A DNA stretch of 63,912 nt, filler included, from Reclinomonas americana ATCC 50394 (lineage: Eukaryota): the NCBI GenBank assembly GCA_048213135.1. It is 17 parts of 17 records of this genome, joined end to end, with 100 filler letters (N's around TTAATTAATTAA, not from the genome) between each part and the next. Parts side by side here need not be neighbours in the genome. Positions count along the whole stretch, not along the records: positions 23,900 to 29,059 come from AFZH01023572.1; positions 29,160 to 33,943 come from AFZH01023573.1; positions 34,044 to 36,356 come from AFZH01023574.1; positions 36,457 to 38,876 come from AFZH01023575.1; 13 more parts are not named here. One strand, written 5' to 3'. Both the position numbers and the translations under genes were made by a program. Below the pieces are notes generated by a model, which saw nothing but the letters and a program-made list of their open reading frames with translations, ran no database searches and was not told the origin of the DNA. Shown here piece after piece: positions 26,016 to 37,386 of the stretch (its first letter is position 1; each line of letters starts with the position of its first letter).

Positions 26016-28379
26016 ATGGGGTGCGGCAGCAGTCGACCCGGTGCATCACACAGCACCGTGCCACTGAACAGCCAAAGACCACCCTCATCACCCACCCTCA
26101 ACAAGTACCAGGCGACCGCGGCCAGCGCCATTGTCATACGCCCTCCATCAACAACACTCGCAGAGAGTGCCGCTGTTAACAACACCAACAAGCAGCTGCT
26201 CAATGACGCCTCCTCCACGGCAACTCCCTCCTCCTCCGCCTCCTCGTCGCCCTCATGCTCCTCGCGCTCGGTGACGTCACCACCCACACGCGCGGGCGGC
26301 TGTTTGGTGGTGTGTGTGCTGCACTCGCCCAATCACCCGGTCGATGTCGGCGTCGGTGGTGATGCACTCAGTGTCAATGCGCTGCTTCGTCGTGCGCTGG
26401 TCATGGACGATGAGAGTGTGAAGCATGCGGTGGCCCTCAACTTGCCACTGCGCAAGGAGGTGCGTTGTTGGGGGAAGGGAGAAGGAGACATTGATGTGCG
26501 TTTGTTGAGTGCTTATTCGTGCGCAGACGGTTGCGTCGTTGATAATGCGAGCGCTGGCGGATGGAGCGCGGCATCATGTGGTGCTCGAGGGCTTCCCGCA
26601 GACCATGGAGCAAGCAGAGTTCATTGAGCAAAAGGTTCTCTTTCTTTTGTCATATGCGCTAGGTCGTTGTTTGGTGGACTTTCTCTCATTTGTCTTTCTC
26701 TGCGTGCGCGCGCAGCTGGGACGTATTGTGGCGTGCGTGTATGTGTCGAGTGGGCGGCGTGGAGCGGAACGGGAGCCTCCACCACCGACGCATGACTTGA
26801 CAGCGTACAACGCGGCAGTGGCGCGGCAAGGAATCGACGGAGTATTAACACACTTTCATCGCGGTTCTCGCTTGCGCAAGGTACCCGCTCTTTGTTCTGT
26901 GTCTGGCCAGCCACTGAGGTGCACGTGCTGATTGATATTCGGTGGCGGGTAAAGTTGCAAATCGTTGCCTCGTCGCCTGCGGATGCGGCGCGGCAAGTGG
27001 CAGTGGCAGTTGCGCAGGAATTTACTGTTGCGGAACAGCAGCAGCTGCAACAGCAACATGCACTTCGGGCGCCATCAGCGGCATCAGCGACTCCTCCTGT
27101 GCCATCGGCGGCAGGTGCGGATACCCCTTTGGTTTTTCATTATCGCCAAATGCAATTTGTGGCTGAATGTGTGCGTGCGTTTTTCGTTCGGTGGGGGGTG
27201 GGGGGTTACAGCAGCGGCGACGGCGGCAGCGGCGGTAGTGGTGCGCGCCTCACCACCCGTGACCTTTGACTTCAACCGCTTCTCGTCACTGTCGGAGTTC
27301 ATCTTGGCCGTGGACGAGAGTGGTTTGTTCTTGCGCTTTCCGCAGTGGGGGTCTTGTCGGAGATTTTGACTTTTTTTGCTGTATTTCGTGGTGCAGGGAG
27401 TGCCAATGTGGAGTTCCTGGCCTTCTTCGAGGACGCCTTTGCCAGATATACCCCAGTGCCCAGCGGCGCTGGTGGTGCCACCTCACACTGTGAGCGTGCG
27501 GTGGATGGTGTCACGGCGTGTCGATTCCTCCTCCGCTTGTTGCTTCGTTGCGTGTGTGCTGTTTCCCTCCGTCCGTCGTCGGAAAAGACCTGCATTCTCA
27601 CACGCGCGTGTGTCTGTGTATGATTGGCGGTGGTGGCGCAGAGATTCAAAGCGACGCCAGATGGTTGATTGGCAGCAGAGAGCCGTCGTTTGAGTGGGTG
27701 CAAGCTGCCTTTTTGGAGGACATGGACCTGCTGAATCTGGCGCAGTTCAAGTCATTGACACCTGCCACTCTGTACGAGGCGTTCCTCGCCATGATCATGA
27801 AGCTCGGTACGTCTGCTGCTGCCTGTGCATTGTTACCCGCGCACTCGGGAACAAGTGTTCACCTTATTTTTTCTTGCAGGTGTGAAGCGCGACGCGATTC
27901 CTTTCAGCATGCTCGACAGCTGCGAGAACTTTGTGCAAAGCGTCACCACCACAGGTACGTATGCGTGCTTGCTGCGTACCGTGTGCTGAGACTCGTGAAC
28001 TCACCATTGTGCGCGCAGGCTTCCAAAGAGCACTGCTCGTGCGGCTTGTCGAGTCGTACGTGTTCGACTGTGTAACTGCCATTCATCCAGAAGGCATGAC
28101 GGTCGATGGCTACGTCTCAGTGGATTTGCTTACTCCCATTCTTCAAGGTTGGTGTTGTGATCATCTGTTGTCTGTCTCAGGCGCCTGACACTTTCTCTTC
28201 TTTGTGCAGCCATGCATCGTTCGTGCCGATGGATGACTGGTGTGCCGACGTCGGAGTTTGTGGCGCGCTACCTCTTGCAAGGTCGCAATAGTTTGAAGCA
28301 CGTTGTTCCACAGTCGGTTGACGCCCTCTGTGACCACCTGGTGTGGATGTGCACCCGATTAACGCTCGTGTCGGGTTAA
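26016..28379 (+). CDS. N-acylated (MGCGSS) protein with a degenerate adenylate-kinase-like domain and a helical C-terminal region
   Basis: MGCGSS start. SVNALLRRA and VVLEGFPQTMEQAEFIEQKLG resemble ADK S.GDLLR and LDGFPRT..QA. No P-loop. Downstream exons end at TAA 28377-28379; the chain is partly inferred. Confidence 0.55.
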
Positions 28380-28585
28380 AGTTTGCCGAGAGATTGAGCA
28401 AAAGAGTGCGACGCAGCCTCTATGTGTGTGTATCGTTTGTTGTTGTTGTAGTTGTGGATATTATTTTTATCTGCATTTGCGGCTGCGTGTTCTGTGCCTT
28501 TTGTTTCCCCCCTCCCATTAATGTACCTCCCGTAGTTTGTTGTTGTATACACATCGAATTATATTGTTACACTTTGTTACGAATG

Positions 28586-29014
28586 TCATCTCGACTGCGC
28601 CTGCGGTCGCTCTATGGGTGGAATTCGTCGTCGATGTATGAATGTCTGGCTGGCGAGTGCACTTTCGCGTTTGGGAATGTACCGTCTACGCACAAGAGAG
28701 AGAAAAAAAGTGAGGCGACTCGCCCGCCAGGCACAGAGAACTCTGTTACGCAACGTGAAGTCCCGATCTGCCACAAACTTGGTGATGTCGGCCGTCTCCG
28801 GCTTGCCCACCGTCACAATGATGCCGTGCGCCGTGTCAAAGTTCTGCGTTAGTGAGAGATGAGCAACAACAACAACAACTAGGAACGTGCATTTCATGGT
28901 ACGGCTCACCGTCAGCGACAAGCCAAACGGCTTCTTATTGGGATCCACAAACGATTCGTCGGTGTACATGGTGCTCGGCAGGTCCTCCAGTGGTGGCGCT
29001 CGTCTGCAATCCAC
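28586..29014 (-). CDS. 3' exons of an unidentified gene, possibly the end of the CFAP92-like gene on the next contig
   Basis: Three GT-AG-separated exons ending FIHRRRIPPIERPQAQSR-stop, on the same strand as the gene running off the left end of the next contig. Confidence 0.4.
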   Translation of the reverse strand: MDCRRAPPLEDLPSTMYTDESFVDPNKKPFGLSLTVSRTMKCTFLVVVVVAHLSLTQNFDTAHGIIVTVGKPETADITKFVADRDFTLRNRVLCAWRASRLTFFLSLVRRRYIPKRESALASQTFIHRRRIPPIERPQAQSR

Positions 29015-29159
29015 AGTAATAAGTGACCAAGTAATTACAGCTCCTGCACCTCTGTACGGNNNNNNNNNNNNNNNNNNNNNNNNNNNNNNNNNNNNNNNNN
29101 NNNTTAATTAATTAANNNNNNNNNNNNNNNNNNNNNNNNNNNNNNNNNNNNNNNNNNNN

Positions 29160-31305
29160 CAGCCTGCACTACCTTGAGATCCTGTGTGCGCACGACAGCC
29201 GTGTCAGCCATCCACAACTACTCAATCCCAAAGAACGGTTGTCACCAACCTCCAACGCGGCAGCTGTTCTCTGTTGATTGTCGATCAAGTACGTGTAGAT
29301 CGAGTCCACGGCCGCATTGGCCGCATAGCTGTGGACAGTGCGGTGCGATGTGAGAGACGTGCAAGCGTCATTTTCATAGCGCACGCATCTCGGCGACGCA
29401 ACTTGACAGTGGCAAATGCACGATTGTATTCGAGAAGCGCCGGAACATCCACAACTGAAGGTGCACCAGCGGCTGCTGCAAATGGCGTCAGCACCAGAAA
29501 AAATCACCTGAACAATTATCTGCTGACGCCAAGAGAAACACACCAGCAGTCGCAGGAGCAGCAGCTCCTTCTGCAGGTGGTGGAGTGGCCAGCAACGCAC
29601 TTCGCTGTTCACGGACAAGGGACGGCAATGACGCAGAGCTGCGCACACGCAGCTTGATTGCCGCCTCACTCTCCACGTATCCACCGGCGGGGACTGCACG
29701 AAGGAGCAGTCAGGCCACATGCACGACTCAACAGCACACAACACACAAACGACGCACTTCCCGACGGCTTCTTTCGCATGACATCACGCAGTGCACCCTG
29801 CACGAGGGCGCTTCCACGACGAGCTCGTGATGGACGCAGAGGCGCAGAATCCTGGAAACACTTGACACCCTCCACCAGCTCCGAAAACACTGCGAAATCC
29901 GTTCGCCAGGTCAACAAACAACACGCGGAAAAAAACATCGACTGCGGTCGCTTCCGTGGAAAGAAGAAACGCAACAAACGTGAGCCATGGCGAACGGGGG
30001 CGGATCGGCGCCCTCCACTGGCTGCGCTGGATCCCGATCAAAGACGCGAACAATCACGGGGAACTCGCGCAGTCGGTGTGCCAGTCCGTCAAAGTCGCCG
30101 CCCGGGCACAACTTGCCAACCAGAAAGAGGCGCTGTGTGTCGCCAAAACGCAGAATGCCCTGTCGATTGCTGTCCGGAGTGCGCACCTCGAAGCCGGCGT
30201 ACGTGGGAGGCCCAGCAGCGGCACCACCCGCACCCACCACCGAACTGCCCGTTCCACTGCCGACTGGCGACGATGGCGATCCGGCCGGCTGTGGGAGCGT
30301 GAACGGTCCCGACAAATCGACCTCCACACGCCTGCGCACGAAACCAGGGTGAGAACGGACTGCACGCTAGTTGTGTGTGCAAGATCAAGCTGACGCAACA
30401 CTGGAGCACAGACTTTGGACAAATCCACGCCGCTCACCACCGTCGGCAAATGAAACACGCCCGACAACGACACCGACACGGGATAGTACAGACGCTGTGC
30501 GTGCGGTGCCGGACACAGACACTGCGATACACGAGCACGGACCAGCACCGAGCGGATATGCGGATGCGGACTCTGCAGCTCGGTCGTCCACTCCAACGCC
30601 GCTCCCGTTACAAAGTCACAAAAGTTGACGGCAGTCGCACACTTGCGCTCCGGTCCATTGTCAGCACCACCGACTGCCGCTCCAGCTGCTGCTGGTGGTG
30701 GAGCAGCCGGTCCCTTCTTACCGCCCTTGCCAGCCGCTGCCGCAGCTGCAGCCGCCGCCGTAGCTGCTGCTGCTGCCGCGGCCGCAGCCTCTTCTGGCGT
30801 CGGTGGTGGAGTAAGCGACGGCTCCCGCAGTCCATTCAGCGTGACATTGACAAACGGTGTGCGACAGATGGCATCGAGAGTCTCCTCGGTGACGCGCATG
30901 GTCGAAGTGGTCGTCCATCGATACGCTCGATCGTCGCCGCCCTCCAGAGGCCACGCCAGTGATTCACTCTGTGCAGGCCAGGAAACGAAAGAGTGAGGAA
31001 AGAATGAAGAGAAGGGACAGTGTCGGTCTTCTCATCGCGCAACTGTGATGAGTGGATCGCTGGGTCGGAACGTGTTCTGCAGCTCAATCACCGGCTGTTG
31101 AAGCAGCGGAACCAGTGGGCGCTGCTTCGGTGGTGAGGCACTCGACGGGCCTTCATCTGCTCTCAGTCATGTGTGAGTGAATGAGTGTGGGAGAGAGAGA
31201 GAAAGAGAGAGCAGCGCAACTGTCGGCATCGGCGGGTGGATCACACTCGGTGAGTACGGGCACGATGACGACCTCATAGGTGACGGTGGCGTCGAGTGCC
31301 TCCAT
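29160..31305 (-). CDS. CFAP92: CFAP92/FAP92-like cilia-associated protein (3' truncated; start uncertain)
   Basis: Ordered motifs YPVSVSLSGVFHLP, LRFGDTQRLFLVG, FPVIVRVFDRD, PPFAM..LFVDL and GGYVESEAAIKLRV resemble recalled CFAP92 motifs (NPL.I.I..A..LP, P.VVEVHDRD, G.YLEA.S.LKLRV). Also has a GKGGKKG linker. Confidence 0.55.
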
Positions 31306-31393
31306 GTGTGTGCCAATGAAAACGCCCTCCGAGAGCGAGCAGATTTGATTTGTCCATGGTGTAAGATCGTCGGTAATATCGATTGATGGTGTT

Positions 31394-32067
31394 TTCACTT
31401 GATGCCCGTCACCGCAATCACTTCGCAGAGGGCAAACACAAACACATTGTGCACGATTTCAAAGTCGGACTCTGGCTCGTCGGATCGTAATGCCAGCACA
31501 GACGACTGCCGCCGATCGTCGAGATCCGACGATTCCATGGCCAGCTCGTCGACGGCGGTGCCGGCTTGTGGTGGCGTGATCCAGATGAATAGTGGTCTGC
31601 ACATAAAAGTCAGTCATCTCTCTGCAGTGGATCAGTGTTTGAAGCGAAGTGGCGAAACTTACATCGCGGATCCCGACAGAGGTCGTCCGAAATGTGCTCA
31701 CAGCGCTTGGCGAGCTGTGTGTGGTTTGAGATCAGATCCAAAGCATCGGTGCAGCCGCACTTTCTCCATTTCGCGCACGCACCTCCATCACCAGATTGTC
31801 GACATTGAAGAGGGGAATGTCGGGAAAGGCGGCGTGAACACACTTGCAACTCAAATACCGATTGAGAACGCCACACTCCGGTCTGCGATCAGCATCTTTA
31901 GTCAGAGGCAAGGCGGCGAAGGAATGCGTGCATTGTGTCGGCACGCAACAGTAGATTGGTGAGCAGAATGTCGTCAAAGAGCAGCAGGGAGACCACCGAG
32001 TACAGGCGACCCACGTGCGCAGCATCTGTGGTCCCCACCACTGCGTCAGAAACCGGAACACCATCTG
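31394..32067. repeat. Recent segmental duplication, copy 1 (about 675 nt)
   Basis: Matches 38369-38875 plus 38977-39141 with about ten differences by eye. Confidence 0.95.
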
Positions 32068-33660
32068 GTGCACAAGAGGGAGGTGCAGGCACCGGCTGCA
32101 GTTCCAGCGGTGGCACTGGTGCTGCCAGCCCTGGACTCGACCGATCGGCATCGATACTGCGAACCAATGCCGACAACGGTGCCGCCTGCTTGACATGAGA
32201 GCCGACAGGGCTAGGGCGGCGGACGGGAACCAGAATTGTCTGGCTACCCATGGCATTCTGAAGCGCTGCACCCCTGCCACCTGCAGGAATGAGCACAGGG
32301 CGTTGCGACCGGCCGACGGTGAAAGTCATTGCATTTGGCAGAGAAACTGCGACCGCCGCCAAAGGGCGCTGCAGCTGCGTTGCCACCAAGGGCGGAGGCG
32401 TCGATCCCGACGCAGATGCTTGTGCGGCAAGCGCCGCGGCAGCGGCAGTCCGTGTGTCCCGATTGGCAGCCAACCGGGGATGTGCAACGGGCGCAGCGGG
32501 CGCACCCGACGACTGCGGTCCGCTGAGATAGCCGGTTGAAAGGAACCACTGTCTTGCTGATGACAAACCGCCAGATGGTGTCCTTGGATGCAGACGGTGC
32601 ATACTTCCCGTCGATCGAACCTGCGCGCGGAGAGTTGCTGAAATCCGAGATCAGACGAGCAGGCTCTCGTTGCTGCTGCGATTTCGGAATTCGATTGTCT
32701 CCCTGCGATAGCTGCGGCAGCCGCATCGACCCTGGAGGAGGAAGAGGAACCAGAGCCAGAGGCGGACCCCGAGGAGTTCGACTGCGACGAATTTGCGTTT
32801 CTCCTGCTGCCCATCTTCATCGCCGTCTCCTTCGCGAACGCGCTTGCCAATGGAACCACCCAGCTCCACCACGATAAGACAGTACGGTATTGACATTGCG
32901 CTCGCGTGGAACGTTAACAGCAGTGCAGACCACTGTTCTGATTTGAGTGCGACAGCGGAACCACGGACGCAAATGAGCCACCACTCACCGATAAGGTACA
33001 GCACCGATTCCTGTGCCTGCTGTAGGAGGTCACTTTGCCAGGTAGGTCGCCACGGTACAAGGTCATAGTCATACTGTTGGCCTGCATGCTTCGCCCTGCA
33101 TGGGAGGCTGGAGACGAGAAATGCAGTGAGCCGCAAAATGTGCGGAGAATTAACACTGTGCATGTGCTTGTGTGCTTGAGTACATGTGTGTGTGTGTTGT
33201 GTGTTGTGTGTGTGCGTGCGTGCAGTTGCAGTGGTTACTGAACAAGTTTGGCGCAAACGCAACATCTCCGCAGGAGAGAAGATGCACACTCCACTCGTCG
33301 TCTGCTTGGAGAACAGTGAGACTTGCGCGATCTCCACAGTCGGGCAAGGCCAGCTGCTCTAGCACGTGAGTCTTGAACAGTGTCGTTGTCGATAGCTCAG
33401 CAAAACGGAGCGCGCGCTGCGCGCGGCCAGTGGGATTGTAGGTACGGTTGACGATGCATTCCTCCACATCCTTGGACACAAGACGGCACTTGACGGAACC
33501 GCGGTGAAGCTGCAGCTACCCGGGATCCATGACGTACAAGGATGCCAAAAAGTTAAGGGTGACATGAAGAGGCCCGGGTTCACTTTCGAAAAATTCAAGG
33601 GTGACCGATGCTCGCACGTTGCTTGACGCACACTTCACTTCGAGCGCATCGGATGCTGTG
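31395..33660 (-). CDS. Multi-exon gene of unknown function whose last four exons are shared with the gene at 38370-41480
   Basis: Exons with GT-AG introns and CTGAC branch sites end …VFVFALCEVIAVTGIK-TGA (31395-31397). 5' exons not fully resolved. Confidence 0.4.
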
Positions 33661-34169
33661 CCGAGTCGGTGCCGCACTGCGTTCTGCTGTGAACGCGGTA
33701 GGCGCACTGCCAGTCGTGAGCATGCACGGTTTGTCTCACGTGTGCGTGCGTGTTGTGTGTGCTTTAGTGTGTATGTGCGTGTGTATGTGTATGTGTGTGT
33801 GTGTGTGTGTGTGCGCGCGCGCTTGTGCGTGTGTGTGCATGTGTGTGTCTGTGCTTGTGTGTGTGTGTGTGAGATTGTGAGTCGCACTCAGGGTTGCCCC
33901 GTTTTTTCTCGTTTAACACACACGCGTCAGGTTTTGTGACGCANNNNNNNNNNNNNNNNNNNNNNNNNNNNNNNNNNNNNNNNNNNNTTAATTAATTAAN
34001 NNNNNNNNNNNNNNNNNNNNNNNNNNNNNNNNNNNNNNNNNNNATTATCTGACAAGTTCCTCTCGCCATCAGCATCTGTCACAGATTCGAGTGAATGTGA
34101 GCGCGACCTTTTCCGTGCTGTCGCTGGACTGTGATGTCTCACCGCTGGCGTGTCATTATTGCCTTGCAG

Positions 34170-36356
34170 TGCTTGGAGTTCAGCAATCACTCCGTGATGT
34201 AGAGCGCGAGATCAAGGAGGTCCAGAGCAAGATTGACGAGGCCGCGCAGAGTTGGAAGGCAGCCGCGACTGCGGGCGACAAGCAATTCTGGGCCGACATG
34301 CAGATCAAATTGCTCGACGAGAAGAACAAGTTGCGCGACAAGGAGAATCAACTGCGTGACAAGGAGAACAAGTTGCTCGACAAGGAGAACAAGTTGCTCG
34401 ACGAGAAGATCAAGTTGCTCGACAAGGAGAAAGCAGTGGTGCAGGAGACGCCGGCAGTCGTCACTACAGGTGCGTGTTGGCACCATCTTGTCAGCTTTGT
34501 GTGATGGAACCGACTTCCCTTGAGCTGATTCCGCCGCTTGCAGATCTGTTCCGGTGGGACAAGTCCGAGTTGGTCAACTATGTGAAAGAGCTTGCGCCAC
34601 CGGAGCAACGGAAAACCATGTATGTTGCGTTCGATCCGCGCCCGTGTAGTGTGTCCGTTGCTGGTGGTGCAGTTTATCTTACCGATTGTTCCTGCTGTTA
34701 CAAACTATAGGCTTTCTGGGGCCGCGACATTCCTTTGCGCTGCAGAGAGGATGCGATGTCGTACGTCAACAGGGCGTTGAAGTCCCAGCTCCAAGATTAC
34801 ATCACCCGCGGTGGGGCTATCGAGCGCCCCAGAGTCAGCTATCCGCTATTTCTTGGCGCCAAAGGCGTTGGCAAGACTCGACTTGGCGTCGAAATGGCCA
34901 AGGTGCTGGAGACGTATGTGCCTAAGACGGGCAAGGGTTCCGACACGAAAGTTGTGCCGATCTTGGTCCAGTACTTGAACGGCAACAGCATGTTTGACTG
35001 GGAGGTCAACAACTCTGTCATCACGGGCATGTTTGCGTGGCGGCTGTTGCACGCCTACTTCCGACCTTCTGAATTTAGCCTTCCGACATTCGTGGAAGCG
35101 GTGATGCAGAAATGCGGAGAGGTGGTCAGTTTCAGCGGGAACTCTATCCGTATTCCGCAGTTTACTGTGGAGGAAGCCGTGCAATGCATCGCCCAAGACT
35201 ACCGCGAGTGTCACAATATTTCCGCTGACACACTGTTGCGATTGACGTTGTTGCCTTCCGTGTTTATTGAAGTAGGGCTGACCTTGTGCGTTTGATGAAC
35301 AGGCTCATCTTGAGTATTTGCGTGGACGAAATACACGTCTTGTACAAGATGGACGGCGGCTCAGGTGAGATCGGGCGTGTTTTGTCGTGTTGTTTCACAG
35401 CGACGAACGACTGACGCTCCAATCGCTCACAGGGTCAGAAAAGAGACAACACATCAAAGCCGTCATCGAGCCATTGAATAGCCTTTTGCTTGAACCCAAG
35501 CACAACTGCTTGGTGGTGCCATCGGCTGCAGGCCATGCGTTCCAAGTGGAGACGGAGGTGTTGGAGGCGTACTCTGGCGTCGTGCAGCCACGGCTCATTC
35601 CCCTATCGCTGCTCTCGCTGAAAGCCGTCAGTGATATTTGCAAGTGGCTGTTTGACTGTTGCGTGTGCACGTGGTGTACTGGCGACCGTTGCTGACCACG
35701 TCTCTCGTTGCTGCTGACTCGCGCGCGCACTGACAGACTCATGGCAGTCGAGTGATGGTAGCAGCGCGTGGCGGAGTAGCTTTCCGTGGCGGTTCCATCC
35801 ACAGTTGTCCTGGGCGCTGGCGAGTGGCGGCGGAGTGCCTCGTTGGATTGAGGTTGTACTCAGGGAGTATTGCAGTAAGTGCCCGCCCAGCATCGTGGTC
35901 GATGTCCTGCCGCTCTCTCCTTACCCATGATTGCGTGCATTCCAGAGAACTGCTCGAAAACACTCACGGCATTGGCCGAGAACGAGAAGAATGGCGACTT
36001 TTGTGCGTGCAGTTGTTGACTGCATGTCTCCGATGGTGGTTGTATCTCATCGTTTTTGTTGATATGGCATGAAGCTCGTGTGTTGACTGGACTCGGCAAT
36101 GCACTCAACGAATCAACAGTCGGTGCCGTCCGCGAGGCAGTCTCCAAAGTAATGGAGAGCAATCGTGAAGGTGTGCAGCATTTGATTGTCGTGTGGTGTG
36201 GGAGGCAGCTCACTCACTGTGTCGCTGATGCCGAAAAGTGTGGACCGACGCCACATTTCTCCAAACTCTCTACCGCACGTCACCAAGTAGCGAGGTGACA
36301 GTGTTCAACCTCAGCGACTCTGATTGGGAAATGATTCTTGGGATGGCCACGGATGC
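34170..36356 (+). CDS. Crinkler/RHS-type P-loop NTPase with N-terminal heptad coiled coil (both ends truncated)
   Basis: L(R/L)DKENK heptads. Walker A GAKGVGKT at about 34855, FAWRLLHAYF, Walker B ICVDE at about 35316, IPLSLLS, and GGVPRWIE at about 35826. Multiple introns. Confidence 0.7.
34309..34431 (+). repeat. Coding 21-nt tandem repeat (TTGCTCGACAAGGAGAACAAG), about 6 copies
   Basis: Encodes LLDEKNK LRDKENQ LRDKENK LLDKENK LLDEKIK LLDKEK. Confidence 0.9.
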
Positions 36357-36624
36357 NNNNNNNNNNNNNNNNNNNNNNNNNNNNNNNNNNNNNNNNNNNN
36401 TTAATTAATTAANNNNNNNNNNNNNNNNNNNNNNNNNNNNNNNNNNNNNNNNNNNNGAGTGTGTACACTGAGGGGATGAGAGCGAGCAAGAGAGAAGGAG
36501 AGAGGGAGTGAGGAAGAGGAAGAAAGAAAGAGAGAGAAGGAAAAATTAGAAAAGGAGTGAGGGAGAGTGATGAAGGAAGGGGAGGGAGTGAGAGAGGAAA
36601 ACCCACGTTGCTGTGTGTCTGCAG

Positions 36625-37001
36625 AGTCTGTACCGGTCAACACTGCTGCGATGCTGTCATCGTCGTCGTCAAAAGCGGTGTCATTGCGACCTAATGCTGT
36701 GGGAAGGACTCTCAAGGAGTCCATCCAGCATCTATTCGGTGTCGACAGCAGTATCGCCTACACGCTGGTGAAAGCCACTATCGAGAAGATGCCGTTTCCA
36801 ACGGGCTACACCAGTGTTACTGATTTGCTGGAGCAAGTGCCGGAGCTGTCAGATGCCGTGGACGAGTTGGTGCGACGTCAAGGAAACAGCACGCACTCCG
36901 CGTTGTTGGCTGCTGTCAACGTCGACGTGACTGATAAGTCTCGCGTGGATAGAGAGAAACTAGTGGCCGAACTCGACCGCTGCTGGCGGTTTGATTTGTG
37001 A
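36625..37001 (+). CDS. Terminal exon encoding a helix-hairpin-helix-like domain; possibly the C-terminus of the preceding NTPase gene
   Basis: After acceptor TCTGCAG: RPNAVGRTLKESIQHLFGVDSSIAYTLVKA…FPTGYTSVTDLLEQVPEL resembles ComEA-type HhH (L..L.G+....A..I…F.S..DL..V). AATAAA at about 37158. Confidence 0.5.
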
Positions 37002-37013
37002 TTTTGAGTGAAA

Positions 37014-37287
37014 TGAGGCGAAGAGTGCTTTCTTGACTGGCGTTGTCTCCTGAAAGGAAGGTGACGGTGGAGACTACGAAGTGTGTGTGTATGATGCGTG
37101 TATCATAGTTGTCGTCGGCAAAAGGAACTTGTGGATCGTTCGTCCTGATACGGTAAAAATAAAAACATTTCATTCATCACATTCCGATGCGACAAAGGCA
37201 CACCAAAAACAATACAAGCAATTACTCTTCTCCAACAGTCATCTTCCCTTTCAGGAGACAAAGCCAATCAAACGCGTGTTGGCCTCA
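37014..37287. repeat. Imperfect inverted repeat; arms 37014-37073 and 37229-37287
   Basis: TTGACTGGCGTTGTCTCCTGAAAGGAAGGTGACGGTGGAGA on + versus TTGATTGGCTTTGTCTCCTGAAAGGGAAGATGACTGTTGGAGA on -. Confidence 0.85.
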
Positions 37288-37386
37288 AAAGGATTTCGTG
37301 GCGCAGCGCATTGATATCAGCAGCCGTACGCAGATGTCGACGCTGAACTCGTTGAAGCTGGCTGCTGCAGTAGCGACGCTGTGGTT

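Noticed and set aside
37043..37075. Hairpin as SECIS, hammerhead ribozyme or C/D snoRNA
   Set aside because: Lacks the required order and spacing of core motifs; kept only as an unclassified shared 3' element.
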